Shown here: piece by piece, positions 9,851 through 19,580 of the stretch
How the letters are laid out: each line of letters begins with the position of its first letter
How positions within the stretch are numbered: position 1 is the stretch's first letter
Assembly: GCA_965238005.1 (NCBI GenBank)
Contig: OZ250165.1
Location: forward strand, 1,472,001 to 1,536,000
Reading direction: 5' to 3'
Length of the DNA stretch: 64,000 bases
Origin: Longimicrobiales bacterium
Lineage (GTDB): Bacteria; Gemmatimonadota; Gemmatimonadetes; Longimicrobiales; Gaopeijiaceae
Position numbers and translations under genes: made by a program
The notes under the pieces: generated by a model
What the model was told of the DNA's origin: nothing
The model's input: the letters and a program-made list of their open reading frames with translations, nothing else
Database searches by the model: none

Positions 9851-11303
9851 CAATAAGAAGCTGACCCCCCGCGACGAGGACTTCGCGGCCTGGTACAACG
9901 AGCTGGTGCTCCGGTCCGAGCTGGCCGACTACTCACCGGTCCGAGGCTGCATGGTCATTCGGCCGTGGGGATATTCCATATGGGAGAACATGCAGCGGGC
10001 TCTAGACGACATGTTCAAGGCCACCGGCCACGAGAACGCGTATTTCCCGCTCCTGATTCCCATGAGCTTCATCGAGAAGGAGAAGGAGCACGTCGAGGGC
10101 TTCAAGCCCGAGCTCGCTATCGTCACCCACGCCGGCGGCAAGGAACTGGAGGAGCCACTCGTGGTTCGGCCCACCTCTGAGACAATCATCATGTCGATGT
10201 TTGCGAAGTGGATCCAGAGCTATCGCGACCTCCCGTTGCTGTTGAACCAGTGGGCGAACGTCATGCGCTGGGAGCTCCGGACCCGGCTGTTCCTGAGGAC
10301 CTCGGAGTTCCTCTGGCAGGAAGGCCACACCGTGCACGCCACGGCCGAAGAGGCGGAGGAGCACACGCGGCGCATGCTGGGCGTGTACCGGACGTTCATG
10401 GAAGACTGGATGGCCATACCTCCCGTAACCGGGCTCAAGTCCGATGCCGAGAAGTTCGCCGGGGCGGTGCGAAGCTATTCGTGCGAGGCCATGATGCAGG
10501 ACAACCGGGCCCTGCAGGCCGGCACCTCGCACTTCCTGGGTCAGAACTTCTCCAAGCAGTTCGAGCTCACCTTCCAGACGGAGGAGGGGATGGAGGAGTA
10601 TGGGTGGAACACCTCCTGGGGGGCGTCCACGCGGCTGGTGGGGGGGCTGGTGATGACGCACGGCGACGACCAGGGACTCGTCCTGCCTCCGAAGCTGGCT
10701 CCCGTCCAGGTCGTCATCGTTCCGATCCTCAAGGGAGACGATCACGGGCCCGTACTCGAGAAGGCCGACGCCATCCGGGATGCTCTGGCGGAAAAGGGCA
10801 TACGTGTCAAGGTCGATTCTCGCGACTACTTGAGCCCCGGCAACAAGTACTACGAGTGGGAGCGGAAGGGCATCCCGCTCAGGATAGAGATCGGGCCCAA
10901 GGACATGGAGTCCGGGCAGGTTGTTCTGGCCAGGCGCGTGCGGTCCGAGGAGGAGCCGCGCAAGGAGTTCGTGCCGGAGTCGGAAGCGCTCGCCACCCTG
11001 GGAGATCGGCTCGACACGTTCCAGACGCAGCTCTTCGAGGCGGCGAAGACCCGGCGGGAGGAGAACTCCTACAGGGGTGTGAACGACCTGGCCGAGCTGG
11101 CCGAGATCATGAACACCACCGGCGGTTACGTATACACGGGTTGGAGTGGAGACCCCGCCGTGGAAGAGCGCATCAAGGACGAGACCAAGGCCACACTGCG
11201 CTGCATTCCAGAGGAGGAGTTCCGATCCCCCAAGGCTCCGGCAAGGTGCATCGGGGGAGAAAAGGACTCCGCCATGGAGGTCGTGTGGGCAAAGGCATAC
11301 TGA
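9840..11303 (+). CDS. proS: Proline--tRNA ligase (archaeal/eukaryote-like type)
   Basis: VRPTSET, NQWANVMRWE, FLWQEGH, QAGTSHFLGQNF, C-terminal KAY; no INS editing domain. Confidence 0.96.
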   Translation: MMADNKKLTPRDEDFAAWYNELVLRSELADYSPVRGCMVIRPWGYSIWENMQRALDDMFKATGHENAYFPLLIPMSFIEKEKEHVEGFKPELAIVTHAGGKELEEPLVVRPTSETIIMSMFAKWIQSYRDLPLLLNQWANVMRWELRTRLFLRTSEFLWQEGHTVHATAEEAEEHTRRMLGVYRTFMEDWMAIPPVTGLKSDAEKFAGAVRSYSCEAMMQDNRALQAGTSHFLGQNFSKQFELTFQTEEGMEEYGWNTSWGASTRLVGGLVMTHGDDQGLVLPPKLAPVQVVIVPILKGDDHGPVLEKADAIRDALAEKGIRVKVDSRDYLSPGNKYYEWERKGIPLRIEIGPKDMESGQVVLARRVRSEEEPRKEFVPESEALATLGDRLDTFQTQLFEAAKTRREENSYRGVNDLAELAEIMNTTGGYVYTGWSGDPAVEERIKDETKATLRCIPEEEFRSPKAPARCIGGEKDSAMEVVWAKAY

Positions 11304-11325
11304 TGACCAATCCGGCCGGCGGGGC

Positions 11326-12426
11326 GTGAGCCTCTCCTTCCCCCGGCTCGACGGCGAGCTCCACGCCGGCGAGCGCACGGTCTCGGAGCTCGCTGCGGAG
11401 TTCGGAACGCCTCTCTACGTCTATGACACGGAGGTGATTGAGTCCGCCTATCGGCACTTCGAGTCGGCGTTCGAAGGGGTCGATCTGCTCATGGCGTACT
11501 CGGTCAAGGCCAACGGCAACCTCGAGATCCTCCGACGCCCTGGGGGCCGGCGCCGACATCGTCAGCTTGGGAGAGCTCCACCGCTGCCTGACGGCCGGGG
11601 TTCCCCCCGAGCGGATTGTCTTCGCGGGGGTGGGGAAGACCGAAGTGGAGATGGAGGCCGCCCTCGGCGCCGGGATTCTGGCGTTCAACGTGGAAAGCGA
11701 GGGCGAGCTCCGCGTGTTGGACACGGTGGACATCGACGTCCACGTCGGATCGTAGATCCTCGAGCCGGACCCCTATGTGAAGGCCCTCGGCGAAGTGCTG
11801 GAACTCGCCGGTGAGTTGGCCCAGGAGGGCATCGAGCTCCACTTCGTCGACCTCGGAGGAGGCTACGGCGTTCGCTATGCCGACGAGGAGCGTATGTTGG
11901 CCGACGCGCTCGCCAGCGTGATCGTTCCTCAGGTGAAGGAGGCGGGCCTGAGCCTCATCCTGGAGCCCAGCCGGTTCATCGTTGGGGAAGCGGGCCTTCT
12001 GGTGACGAGGGTGCTGTACGTAAAGGATGAGGGGCCGAGGACATTTGTGGTCACGGATGGGGGGATGACCGACCTGATTCGCCCCAGCCACTACCAGGGC
12101 TTTCATCGCATCGGCCGGTGCGGCTCAGGCACGACGCCACCCACGCGGTGGTGGACGTCGTTGGCCCCATCTGCGAGAGCGGAGACTTCCTGGCCCGGGA
12201 GAGAGAGCTGGCCCTTCCCCGGGAGGGGGACCTCCTCGCCGTGCACACCGTGGGAGCGTATGGCTTCGCCATGTCGTCCAACTATAACTCCTGTCGCCGA
12301 AACTCCTGTCGCCGAGCCGCCGAGGTGGTGGTGGACGGCTCGGAGGTGATCCTGGCCCGACGCCGGGAGACGCTCGATGACCTGATCCGGGGTGAGCGGC
12401 TCCCCAACGGGACCTTGTCGTCTTGA
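11326..12426 (+). pseudogene. lysA: Diaminopimelate decarboxylase pseudogene
   Basis: [35 protein letters not shown] and [12 protein letters not shown] are spread over several reading-frame segments; TAG at 11753-11755, frameshifts near 11538 and 12115, internal deletion near 11725, 15-bp duplication at 12286-12315. Confidence 0.93.
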
Positions 12427-12432
12427 GGCTTT

Positions 12433-13980
12433 ATGATCGAGCATGATCGCATTCTGATTCTCGACTTCGGCTCCCAGTACACCCAGCTCATCGCCCGTCG
12501 AATCCGAGAGGAGCGGGTCTACTCGGAGATCCACCCACCCTCGCAGCCCCTCGACTGGATCCGGGAGTGGGCGCCGAAGGGAATCATCCTGTCCGGCGGG
12601 CCATCCTCGGTATACGACGAGGGGATACCCACCGCCGACCCGGAGCTGTTTCAGTTGGGGATTCCCGTGCTCGGAATCTGTTACGGGATGCAGCTCATCG
12701 CGCAGCTCGAAGGGGCGGACGTGATCCTGGGGAAGCGCGAGTATGGCCGGGCCGAGCTCACCGTGCACGAGCCGGGGGGGCTCTTCGAAGGCTTCGCTGA
12801 CGACGAGCCCACCCAGGTGTGGTGCTCTCACGCGGACCATGTCGACGAGCCACCGGACGGCTATCGGACGTTGGCGTCCACGGAGAGGCTCTCAGTGGCG
12901 GCGTTCAAGAGCGAAGATCGACACATCTATGGCGTCCAGTTCCATCCGGAGGTCGCCCATACGGTCCGCGGCGAGGAGATCATCTCGAACTTCCTCCTGG
13001 GAATCTGCCGGTGCCGTCCCACGTGGACGGCCGGAGCCTTCATTGAGGAGTCAGTCGCGGAGATCCAGAGAGCCGTGGGAGACGGCACCGTCATCTGCGG
13101 GCTGTCGGGGGGCGTGGACTCGTCCGTAGCGGCCGCGTTGGTGCACCGTGCTGTGGGCGATCGCCTGACGTGCATCTTCGTTGACACGGGACTCCTCAGG
13201 AAGCACGAGCGCGAGAACGTGGAGCGTACCTTCCGGAAGCACATGGGCATCCGACTGGTCGTCGTGGATGCCGCCGAGGAGTTCCTGAGCGTCCTGGCCG
13301 GCGTAGAGGAGCCCGAGGAGAAGCGGAAGCGGATCGGACACGTGTTCATCGACGTCTTCGGGCGACTGGCCCGTGCGGAGGGGACGGGAGCCCGCCACCT
13401 GGTTCAGGGCACTCTGTACCCCGACGTCATCGAGTCTTTTTCCACCGGAGGACCGTCCCAGACGATCAAGACCCACCACAACGTTGGGGGGCTGCCGGAG
13501 GATCTTCCGTTCGAGCTCATCGAGCCTCTCCGGGAGCTCTTCAAGGACGAGGCCCGCCAGGTGGGCCGGGAGCTCAGCCTTCCTGAGGAATTCATCCGCC
13601 GACATCCGTTCCCCGGTCCGGGACTGGCCATCCGAGTCCTAGGCCAGGTGACGGAGGAGCGACTGGCCGTGCTGCGGGAGGCGGACGCCATCTATCTGGA
13701 CGAGATTCAGGCCGCGGGGCTCTACGACGAGATCTGGCAGGCCTTCGCCGTGCTCCTCCCCGTGCGAGCCGTCGGCGTGATGGGTGACAACCGCACCTAC
13801 GAGAACGTCGTGGCTCTCCGCGCCGTCACCTCACGCGACGGAATGACCGCGGATTGGTATCCGTTCCCCCACGACGTTCTCGGCCGGATCTCCTCGCGCA
13901 TCAGCAACGAGGTGGTGGGGGTGAATCGGGTGTGCTACGACGTCTCGTCGAAGCCCCCCGGCACTATCGAGTGGGAATAG
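12433..13980 (+). CDS. guaA: GMP synthase (glutamine-hydrolysing)
   Basis: [45 protein letters not shown]. Confidence 0.98.
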   Translation: MIEHDRILILDFGSQYTQLIARRIREERVYSEIHPPSQPLDWIREWAPKGIILSGGPSSVYDEGIPTADPELFQLGIPVLGICYGMQLIAQLEGADVILGKREYGRAELTVHEPGGLFEGFADDEPTQVWCSHADHVDEPPDGYRTLASTERLSVAAFKSEDRHIYGVQFHPEVAHTVRGEEIISNFLLGICRCRPTWTAGAFIEESVAEIQRAVGDGTVICGLSGGVDSSVAAALVHRAVGDRLTCIFVDTGLLRKHERENVERTFRKHMGIRLVVVDAAEEFLSVLAGVEEPEEKRKRIGHVFIDVFGRLARAEGTGARHLVQGTLYPDVIESFSTGGPSQTIKTHHNVGGLPEDLPFELIEPLRELFKDEARQVGRELSLPEEFIRRHPFPGPGLAIRVLGQVTEERLAVLREADAIYLDEIQAAGLYDEIWQAFAVLLPVRAVGVMGDNRTYENVVALRAVTSRDGMTADWYPFPHDVLGRISSRISNEVVGVNRVCYDVSSKPPGTIEWE

Positions 13981-14376
13981 GAACCCCCTCCGACTACTGC
14001 ATCAGCCTCGATCTCGATGAGCATGGCGGGGTCGATGAGCCTGCTCACCTCCACCATGGTTGTTGTGGGAGGATGGGCGCCGCAGGTCTGCTGATGAGCC
14101 CGTCCGTACTCCTCCCATCGTTCGATGTCGGTGACGAACATGCGAGTGCGAACTACGTCGCTCATGTCCGCTCCGTGAGCCGCCAGGGCTTCCCGTATTA
14201 TCTCGAAGCACCGGAGAAGCCTGCCCGTATCCGTCTCCAACGGCGTGGACCCCTCCGCCTTCCGCCACCGGTGCCGTACCCGTGACGAAGACGTGGTCCC
14301 CGGCCCTCAAAGATCGGCAATATCCGACGCGCTCCTCCCAGGGGGCGCCGCTGAAGCTACGCTGAAACTCAGCCAT
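13935..14376 (-). pseudogene. RidA/Rid-family protein, frameshifted
   Basis: N-half (SGAPWEERVGYCRS...VTGT) and C-half (DVVRTRMFVTD...TMVEVSRLIDPAMLIEIEADA) are in different frames; one extra base near 14218-14220. Confidence 0.8.
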
Positions 14377-14746
14377 CTCTCTCCGATCCCTCGCCTGCCA
14401 TCTGAAGCATCAGAGATATGCGTGCCTCCACATCGTTCCAGAGATCGCGCATGAACTCCACTTCGGTGTGGTAGACCTCGAGGAAGAGCCGAAGGTTCTC
14501 CTCGGTAACCTCGTGCATGGCCAGCACGCTGTCCCGTTCGACGGCATTGACCTTGCGGGAGGTCTTCCGGAGCGCCACGGATCGCAGATCGACGTAGACC
14601 TCGATGAAGGTCTCGCGGTCGATCGTGTCCACCACTTCGTTCGGCGTATTGACGCCACATGCTCCCGACGCCACACCGAGGAGCAGGGCGATCAGGGTGA
14701 CGAGGGGGTGCGGAGGGGAAGGCGTGGGGCTCGACGCTTCAGACAT
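14369..14746 (-). CDS. Putative lipoprotein (DUF4296-like helical domain)
   Basis: Hydrophobic signal ending in SGAC; helical body; overlaps the Rid gene start. Confidence 0.6.
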   Translation of the reverse strand: MSEASSPTPSPPHPLVTLIALLLGVASGACGVNTPNEVVDTIDRETFIEVYVDLRSVALRKTSRKVNAVERDSVLAMHEVTEENLRLFLEVYHTEVEFMRDLWNDVEARISLMLQMAGEGSERDG

Positions 14747-14980
14747 GTCGAAGTGGGTTCTCGGGGTGATCATAGGGCGGAGGCGGCGAGCCGCACGGCT
14801 CCACCGGGGTCACAATATAGAGTTCCATTGGCATGGATGCACCGTGCCCTCGACCGGCCGAGACACTTTAGGTAAGGGGGTGCTATTATGTTTCCACTGA
14901 TCGACCATCCAGCAGGAATACACGTCGTGGTCGGCGTCCGATCCCCGACATCCGTGGTCACGAGGCGTGGAAGAGGCTCC

Positions 14981-16423
14981 ATGAACAGAATCCTCGGGCA
15001 AGCCCGGCTGATGCTGCTCGCCGGCCTGTTGTGGTCGGCCGCGGCCTGCGCGGTCAACCCCGCCACGGGTGAACGCCAGTTCATGCTGTTGAGTGAAGAT
15101 CAAGAGATCGAGATGGGTCGGGACGCCGACGGGCAGATCACTGGGGCGTACGGGCTGTATCCGTCCGACGAGCTCCAGACGTTTGTCCGGGGCATCGGTG
15201 AAGACCTCGCCGCCCAGTCGGAGCGCCCGCAGCTGCCGTGGTCGTTCAAGGTGGTGAACGATCCCGTCGTGAACGCCTTCGCGCTTCCCGGGGGGTTCAT
15301 CTTCGTCACCCGTGGCATCCTGGCCAGCCTGAACTCCGAGGCCGAGCTGGCCGGCATCCTCGGCCACGAGATCGGCCACGTCACGGCCCGGCACTCGGCG
15401 AGTCAGCTCAGCCGTCAGCGGCTCCAGCAGATCGGACTGGGAATGGGGGCGGCTGTGTCCTCGGACTTCGCTTCGGCCGCAGGAGTGCTCTCGGCGGGGT
15501 TCCAGCTCCTCAATCTCCGGTACAGCCGGGGTGACGAGTCTCAGTCGGACGAGCTCGGGGTCCGCTACATGTCGCGGGCTGGGTACGACCCCAATGCCCT
15601 CGTGGGCGTGTTCCAGACGTTGGCGCTGGCGTCCGGGGGAGGGGGCAGGCTCCCCGAATGGCAGTCGACCCATCCGAATCCCGAGAATCGCGAGGCCAAG
15701 ATCCGCGAGCTGGTGGCAAGCTCGGGACAGGACTACTCGGGGTACACGTCGGGGAGGGACGAGTATCTGCTTCGCCTGGACGGGCTGGTGTACGGTGTGA
15801 ACCCCCGGGAGGGCTTCTTTGAGGGCGGCCTGTTCCGGCATCCGGATCTGGCCTTCGCCATGGACTTTCCGCCGGGCTGGAAGACCGCGAACCAGAGGTC
15901 TCAGGTGGCGGCCGTGGCGGAGGACGAGAGCGCCATCGTCGTTCTCACGAGTGCGTCGGAGCAGGGCAGCCTCGACGTGGCTGTGCGCGCCTTCCTGGGC
16001 CAGAACGGCATCAGCGGGAGCGCTCCCCGCCGGACGACCGTCCATGGCCTCGAGGCGCGTGAGGCTTCGTTCGAGGCGCAAACGGATCAGGGGAGGCTCC
16101 GCGGAACGGTGCTCTTCGTCGGCCACGGCGGCACCCTCTTCCGGATCCTTGGCTACGCCTTCTCGTCTCGCTGGCTCGATCATGAGAGCGGGGTGATCGG
16201 GAGCGTGAGGAGCTTCCGTGCGGAGAGGGACCCAGAGGTCTTGGGGATCGAGCCCGCCCGACTCGAGATCGTTCGATTGCCGTCGCGGATGACCTTTCGG
16301 GAGTTCACCGAGGCCCATCCGTCCACCATCGAGGCCGAGAAGCTGGCGGACCTCAACCGGCGCACGCTGGACGAAGCTCTGGAAGCCGGAACGCTTGTGA
16401 AGCGGGTGACGGGCGGGCGATGA
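14981..16423 (+). CDS. M48 family zinc metalloprotease lipoprotein (BepA/YfgC-like)
   Basis: Lipobox AAC-AVNPATG, NAFALPGG, HEIGH zinc motif, STHP. Confidence 0.92.
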   Translation: MNRILGQARLMLLAGLLWSAAACAVNPATGERQFMLLSEDQEIEMGRDADGQITGAYGLYPSDELQTFVRGIGEDLAAQSERPQLPWSFKVVNDPVVNAFALPGGFIFVTRGILASLNSEAELAGILGHEIGHVTARHSASQLSRQRLQQIGLGMGAAVSSDFASAAGVLSAGFQLLNLRYSRGDESQSDELGVRYMSRAGYDPNALVGVFQTLALASGGGGRLPEWQSTHPNPENREAKIRELVASSGQDYSGYTSGRDEYLLRLDGLVYGVNPREGFFEGGLFRHPDLAFAMDFPPGWKTANQRSQVAAVAEDESAIVVLTSASEQGSLDVAVRAFLGQNGISGSAPRRTTVHGLEAREASFEAQTDQGRLRGTVLFVGHGGTLFRILGYAFSSRWLDHESGVIGSVRSFRAERDPEVLGIEPARLEIVRLPSRMTFREFTEAHPSTIEAEKLADLNRRTLDEALEAGTLVKRVTGGR

Positions 16424-16554
16424 GGGGCCCCGAGGGCTCACTTCAGACCGGTTGACGGCCTTGACGTGCCCGGTAAACTAGTGTGGTCTAATGGCCCCCT
16501 GGTGGCCGGTACCGCCCGGCCCGACACCGGTCTCTATTGAACGGAGTCCCATCG

Positions 16555-17052
16555 GTGAAGCGTAGCGCGATAGCCCTACTCCTGCTCACTGTCGTGTGGG
16601 GTTGTGCGAGCCGCACGGTGACCAGAAGCCCCGTCGCAGCCGTGGCGCCGGCCCTCTCTGTAGAGAGGTTCCTTCAAGCTGCCAATACGCGAGATCTGTT
16701 TGCGATGGCGCGTCTCTTCGGGACCCGCGACGGGCCGGTGGAGGATACGGGGAGCTCCTTCGGATGCTTCTGGAAGAAGATCGGCTCTGCGTTCGGTGGT
16801 CAGTCGTGCGTCAAGTGGGTCGACGTGGAGCTCCGCATGGACGCGATCGCGGACATCCTCCGGCACGAGGACTACCAGATCGCCTCCGAGCGCTCAGTGG
16901 CGGGGACGGAGCGCGAGACCACACGGATCGGCGTCGATATGTCGTTCGCCGGAGGACAAACCGTGCAAGACGTGGGCTTCACCGTGGTCCTGGCATCGGG
17001 CGATCGGTGGCTCATCGAGATTATCGAGCTGGACAAGGTCACAGGGACCTAG
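16555..17052 (+). CDS. Putative lipoprotein, unknown function
   Basis: Signal peptide ending VWGC; GTG start. Confidence 0.65.
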   Translation: MKRSAIALLLLTVVWGCASRTVTRSPVAAVAPALSVERFLQAANTRDLFAMARLFGTRDGPVEDTGSSFGCFWKKIGSAFGGQSCVKWVDVELRMDAIADILRHEDYQIASERSVAGTERETTRIGVDMSFAGGQTVQDVGFTVVLASGDRWLIEIIELDKVTGT

Positions 17053-17093
17053 TAGGGCACGTCTGAAGGAGCCGGCGGGATCGTTGCTGAGTG

Positions 17094-17489
17094 CTACTCC
17101 GGTTGCTGGACCAGCTCGATCAGCACGCCGCCTGTGGTCTTGGGATGAAGAAACGCGACCTGGTGCCCCCGAGCGCCGGAACGCGGCTCCTCGTCGACGG
17201 GCTGGAACCCTCGTGTCTTTAGTTCCTCGAGGGCTGCTCGGATGTCGGGAACCCTGTAAGCGATGTGGTGAAGACCGGGTCCGCGGCGCTCGATGAAACG
17301 GGCCACGCCGCTGTCCGCGGATCGGGGCTCGATGAGCTCGACGGCGCCCAGGAACGCGACGTTGACGCCCTGGGCGGGCAGCTCTTCGATGGTGGAACAA
17401 GCGCACCCGGTGACGGGTTCGAAGGTCGCCGCCGATTCTTGAATGGATCGGACCGCAATGGCGACGTGATCGAGCGGATAGCCGTTCAT
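17094..17489 (-). CDS. mce: Methylmalonyl-CoA epimerase / VOC family
   Basis: LDHVAIAV, ELIEP, GPGLHHIAYRV, FLHPK, GVLIELVQ. Confidence 0.9.
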   Translation of the reverse strand: MNGYPLDHVAIAVRSIQESAATFEPVTGCACSTIEELPAQGVNVAFLGAVELIEPRSADSGVARFIERRGPGLHHIAYRVPDIRAALEELKTRGFQPVDEEPRSGARGHQVAFLHPKTTGGVLIELVQQPE

Positions 17490-17565
17490 AATTGGACTAG
17501 ATTGGATAGATGAGCCTGGACCGGATCGTAGGGCCGGTCCATTGAAGGTACAAGGAGACAACCTG

Positions 17566-17901
17566 ATGAGTGATAACGGGAAGATCGTCGAGATCACGGA
17601 CCAGAATTTCGCCGAGACCATCGAAGAGGGAACTGGTCTCACCATGGTGGATTTTTGGGCTGCGTGGTGCGGTCCGTGCCGAATGGTGGCCCCCATTGTC
17701 GAGGAGCTGGCCGAGGAGTACGGCGACGAGGGGCTCACCGTCGGGAAGCTGGATGTGGACGCGAACCCGAAGGTGACGATCCGGTTCGCCGTGCGCTCCA
17801 TTCCGAGCATCCTGTTCTTCAAGGATGGACAGCACGTGGACACGGTGGTGGGCGCGGTGCCACGCCCCACCTTGGAGGCCAAAGTTCGGGAGCACATGTA
17901 G
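17566..17901 (+). CDS. trxA: Thioredoxin
   Basis: DFWAAWCGPC; AAGGAG RBS upstream of ATG 17566. Confidence 0.97.
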   Translation: MSDNGKIVEITDQNFAETIEEGTGLTMVDFWAAWCGPCRMVAPIVEELAEEYGDEGLTVGKLDVDANPKVTIRFAVRSIPSILFFKDGQHVDTVVGAVPRPTLEAKVREHM

Positions 17902-17983
17902 GCGCTCCGGACTCGGTTCCAGAATGGGTCGACCGGCCCGGGGGTGAGAGCCCCCGGGCCGTCGCTCGGCTATACTGCTTCCC

Positions 17984-18853
17984 ATGAGCACTCTCTATAT
18001 CGTCGCCACGCCTATCGGTAATCTCTCGGACACCTCCAGGCGTGCCCTCGAGGTCCTGGGCTCCGTGGACGGTGTGCTGGCCGAAGACACCCGGCGCACC
18101 AGGGTCCTGATGGATCACTTCGATCTTCACGCGCCGCTCACGTCCCTTCACGAGCACAACGAAGCCTCACGCATCGCGGGCGTCCTGGACCGCCTGAACG
18201 CCGGCCAGTGCCTCGCCCTGGTTTCCGATGCCGGGACTCCTCTGCTTTCAGACCCTGGGGAGCGCCTGGTGCGTACTGTGGTGGAGGCCGGGCTCAACGT
18301 GGTTCCCGTTCCGGGCCCTTCAGCGATCCTCGCCGCGTTGGTCGGTGCGGGCTTCCCCACGGTGCCGTTCACATTCCATGGCTTCGTTCCACGGAGGAAG
18401 GGGCCTAGGAGCGACCTCCTGGAGCGGATCGTCGGGGCGAGCGAGACCTCGGTCGTGTTCGAGGCGCCCGGCCGACTCGGCGTGCTTCTGTCCGATCTCG
18501 GGGAGCTTGCCGGGGAGGAGAGGCAGGTTGTCGTGGCCCGGGAGATGACCAAGATTCATGAGGAGTTCTTCCGGGGAACAATGGGTGATGCGGCCAGCTA
18601 TTACGGCGAGCGACCGCCGCGGGGAGAGATCACCGTGGTCGTGTCGCCGAGGGTTGAAGAAGAGGCCGAACAGCGGGTCGACGTGGCGGCCGCGCGAGCC
18701 TTGGCGCAGGCGCTTCTGGCCGAGGGCCTGACGCCCAGCAGGGCGGCGCGCGAAGTGTCGTCCCGCCTGGGGATCGCGAAGAACATGGCATACGAGATCG
18801 TGCATTCACTTCCAGGTGCTGACGATCCCGACATCGAAGAGGAGCCGAGTTGA
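17984..18853 (+). CDS. rsmI: 16S rRNA (cytidine-2'-O)-methyltransferase
   Basis: LYIVATPIGNL, AEDTR, LVSDAGTP, PGPSA, REMTKIHEE. Confidence 0.96.
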   Translation: MSTLYIVATPIGNLSDTSRRALEVLGSVDGVLAEDTRRTRVLMDHFDLHAPLTSLHEHNEASRIAGVLDRLNAGQCLALVSDAGTPLLSDPGERLVRTVVEAGLNVVPVPGPSAILAALVGAGFPTVPFTFHGFVPRRKGPRSDLLERIVGASETSVVFEAPGRLGVLLSDLGELAGEERQVVVAREMTKIHEEFFRGTMGDAASYYGERPPRGEITVVVSPRVEEEAEQRVDVAAARALAQALLAEGLTPSRAAREVSSRLGIAKNMAYEIVHSLPGADDPDIEEEPS

Positions 18854-19580
18854 GCGGAGCGACCCACCACAGGGGGCAAGCGCCCCACTTTTTCAACAGG
18901 CCTCGAAGAGCCTCGTGGTCAGTATCGCTCTGCTGATAGGCATGCTGGCCTCGGCGGGCCCGAGCGTGTCGCCTGACTCCGTCCTGTCCATAGCACGGCT
19001 GCAGTACGAGGGTGGCGGGGACTGGTACGCCAACCCGTCTTCGCTGCCCAACCTTCTTTCCGCCATCCGCGAGCGCACGGGCCTTCCCGTGTCGGGCCGA
19101 CCCGATACGGTTCGGCCGCTGGACCCGTCGCTCAAGGACTACCCGTATCTCTACATGACAGGGCACGGCAATGTGCGTTTTTCTCCTGAAGAGCGGGTGG
19201 CTCTTCGCGAGTATCTCTTATCCGGCGGATTCCTCCACGCCGACGACAACTACGGCATGGACGAGTCATTCCGGAGAGAGATGGCCGAAATCTTCCCGGA
19301 GTACGAGCTGTCCGAGCTTCCAGCGGGTCACCCGGTTTTCAGGGTCATGTACGAGTTTCCCGAGGGCCTGCCGAAGATCCACGAGCACGACGGGAAGCCG
19401 CCACAGGCCTTCGGGATCTTCCACGGGGGAAGGCTGATCGTCTTCTACAGCTACGAGTCCGACCTGGGGGATGGCTGGGAGGATCCGGACGTTCATGAAG
19501 ACGCTCCTGAGATCCGTGAGGCCTCGATCCGCATGGGGGTCAATCTCTACCTGTACGTCCTCAGCCAGTTGGTGCCGTGA
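18850..19580 (+). CDS. DUF4159-like protein
   Basis: YEGGGDWYANP, PYLYMTGHG, GGFLHADDNYG, LPKIHEHDG, DLGDGWED; start uncertain. Confidence 0.8.

Noticed and set aside
11326..12426. Programmed frameshifting or stop readthrough in lysA
   Set aside because: Several different lesions, including a large deletion, and no slippery motif
18885..18903. TTTTTCAACAGGCCT resembling the MITE end
   Set aside because: Short single match inside a probable CDS with no partner end
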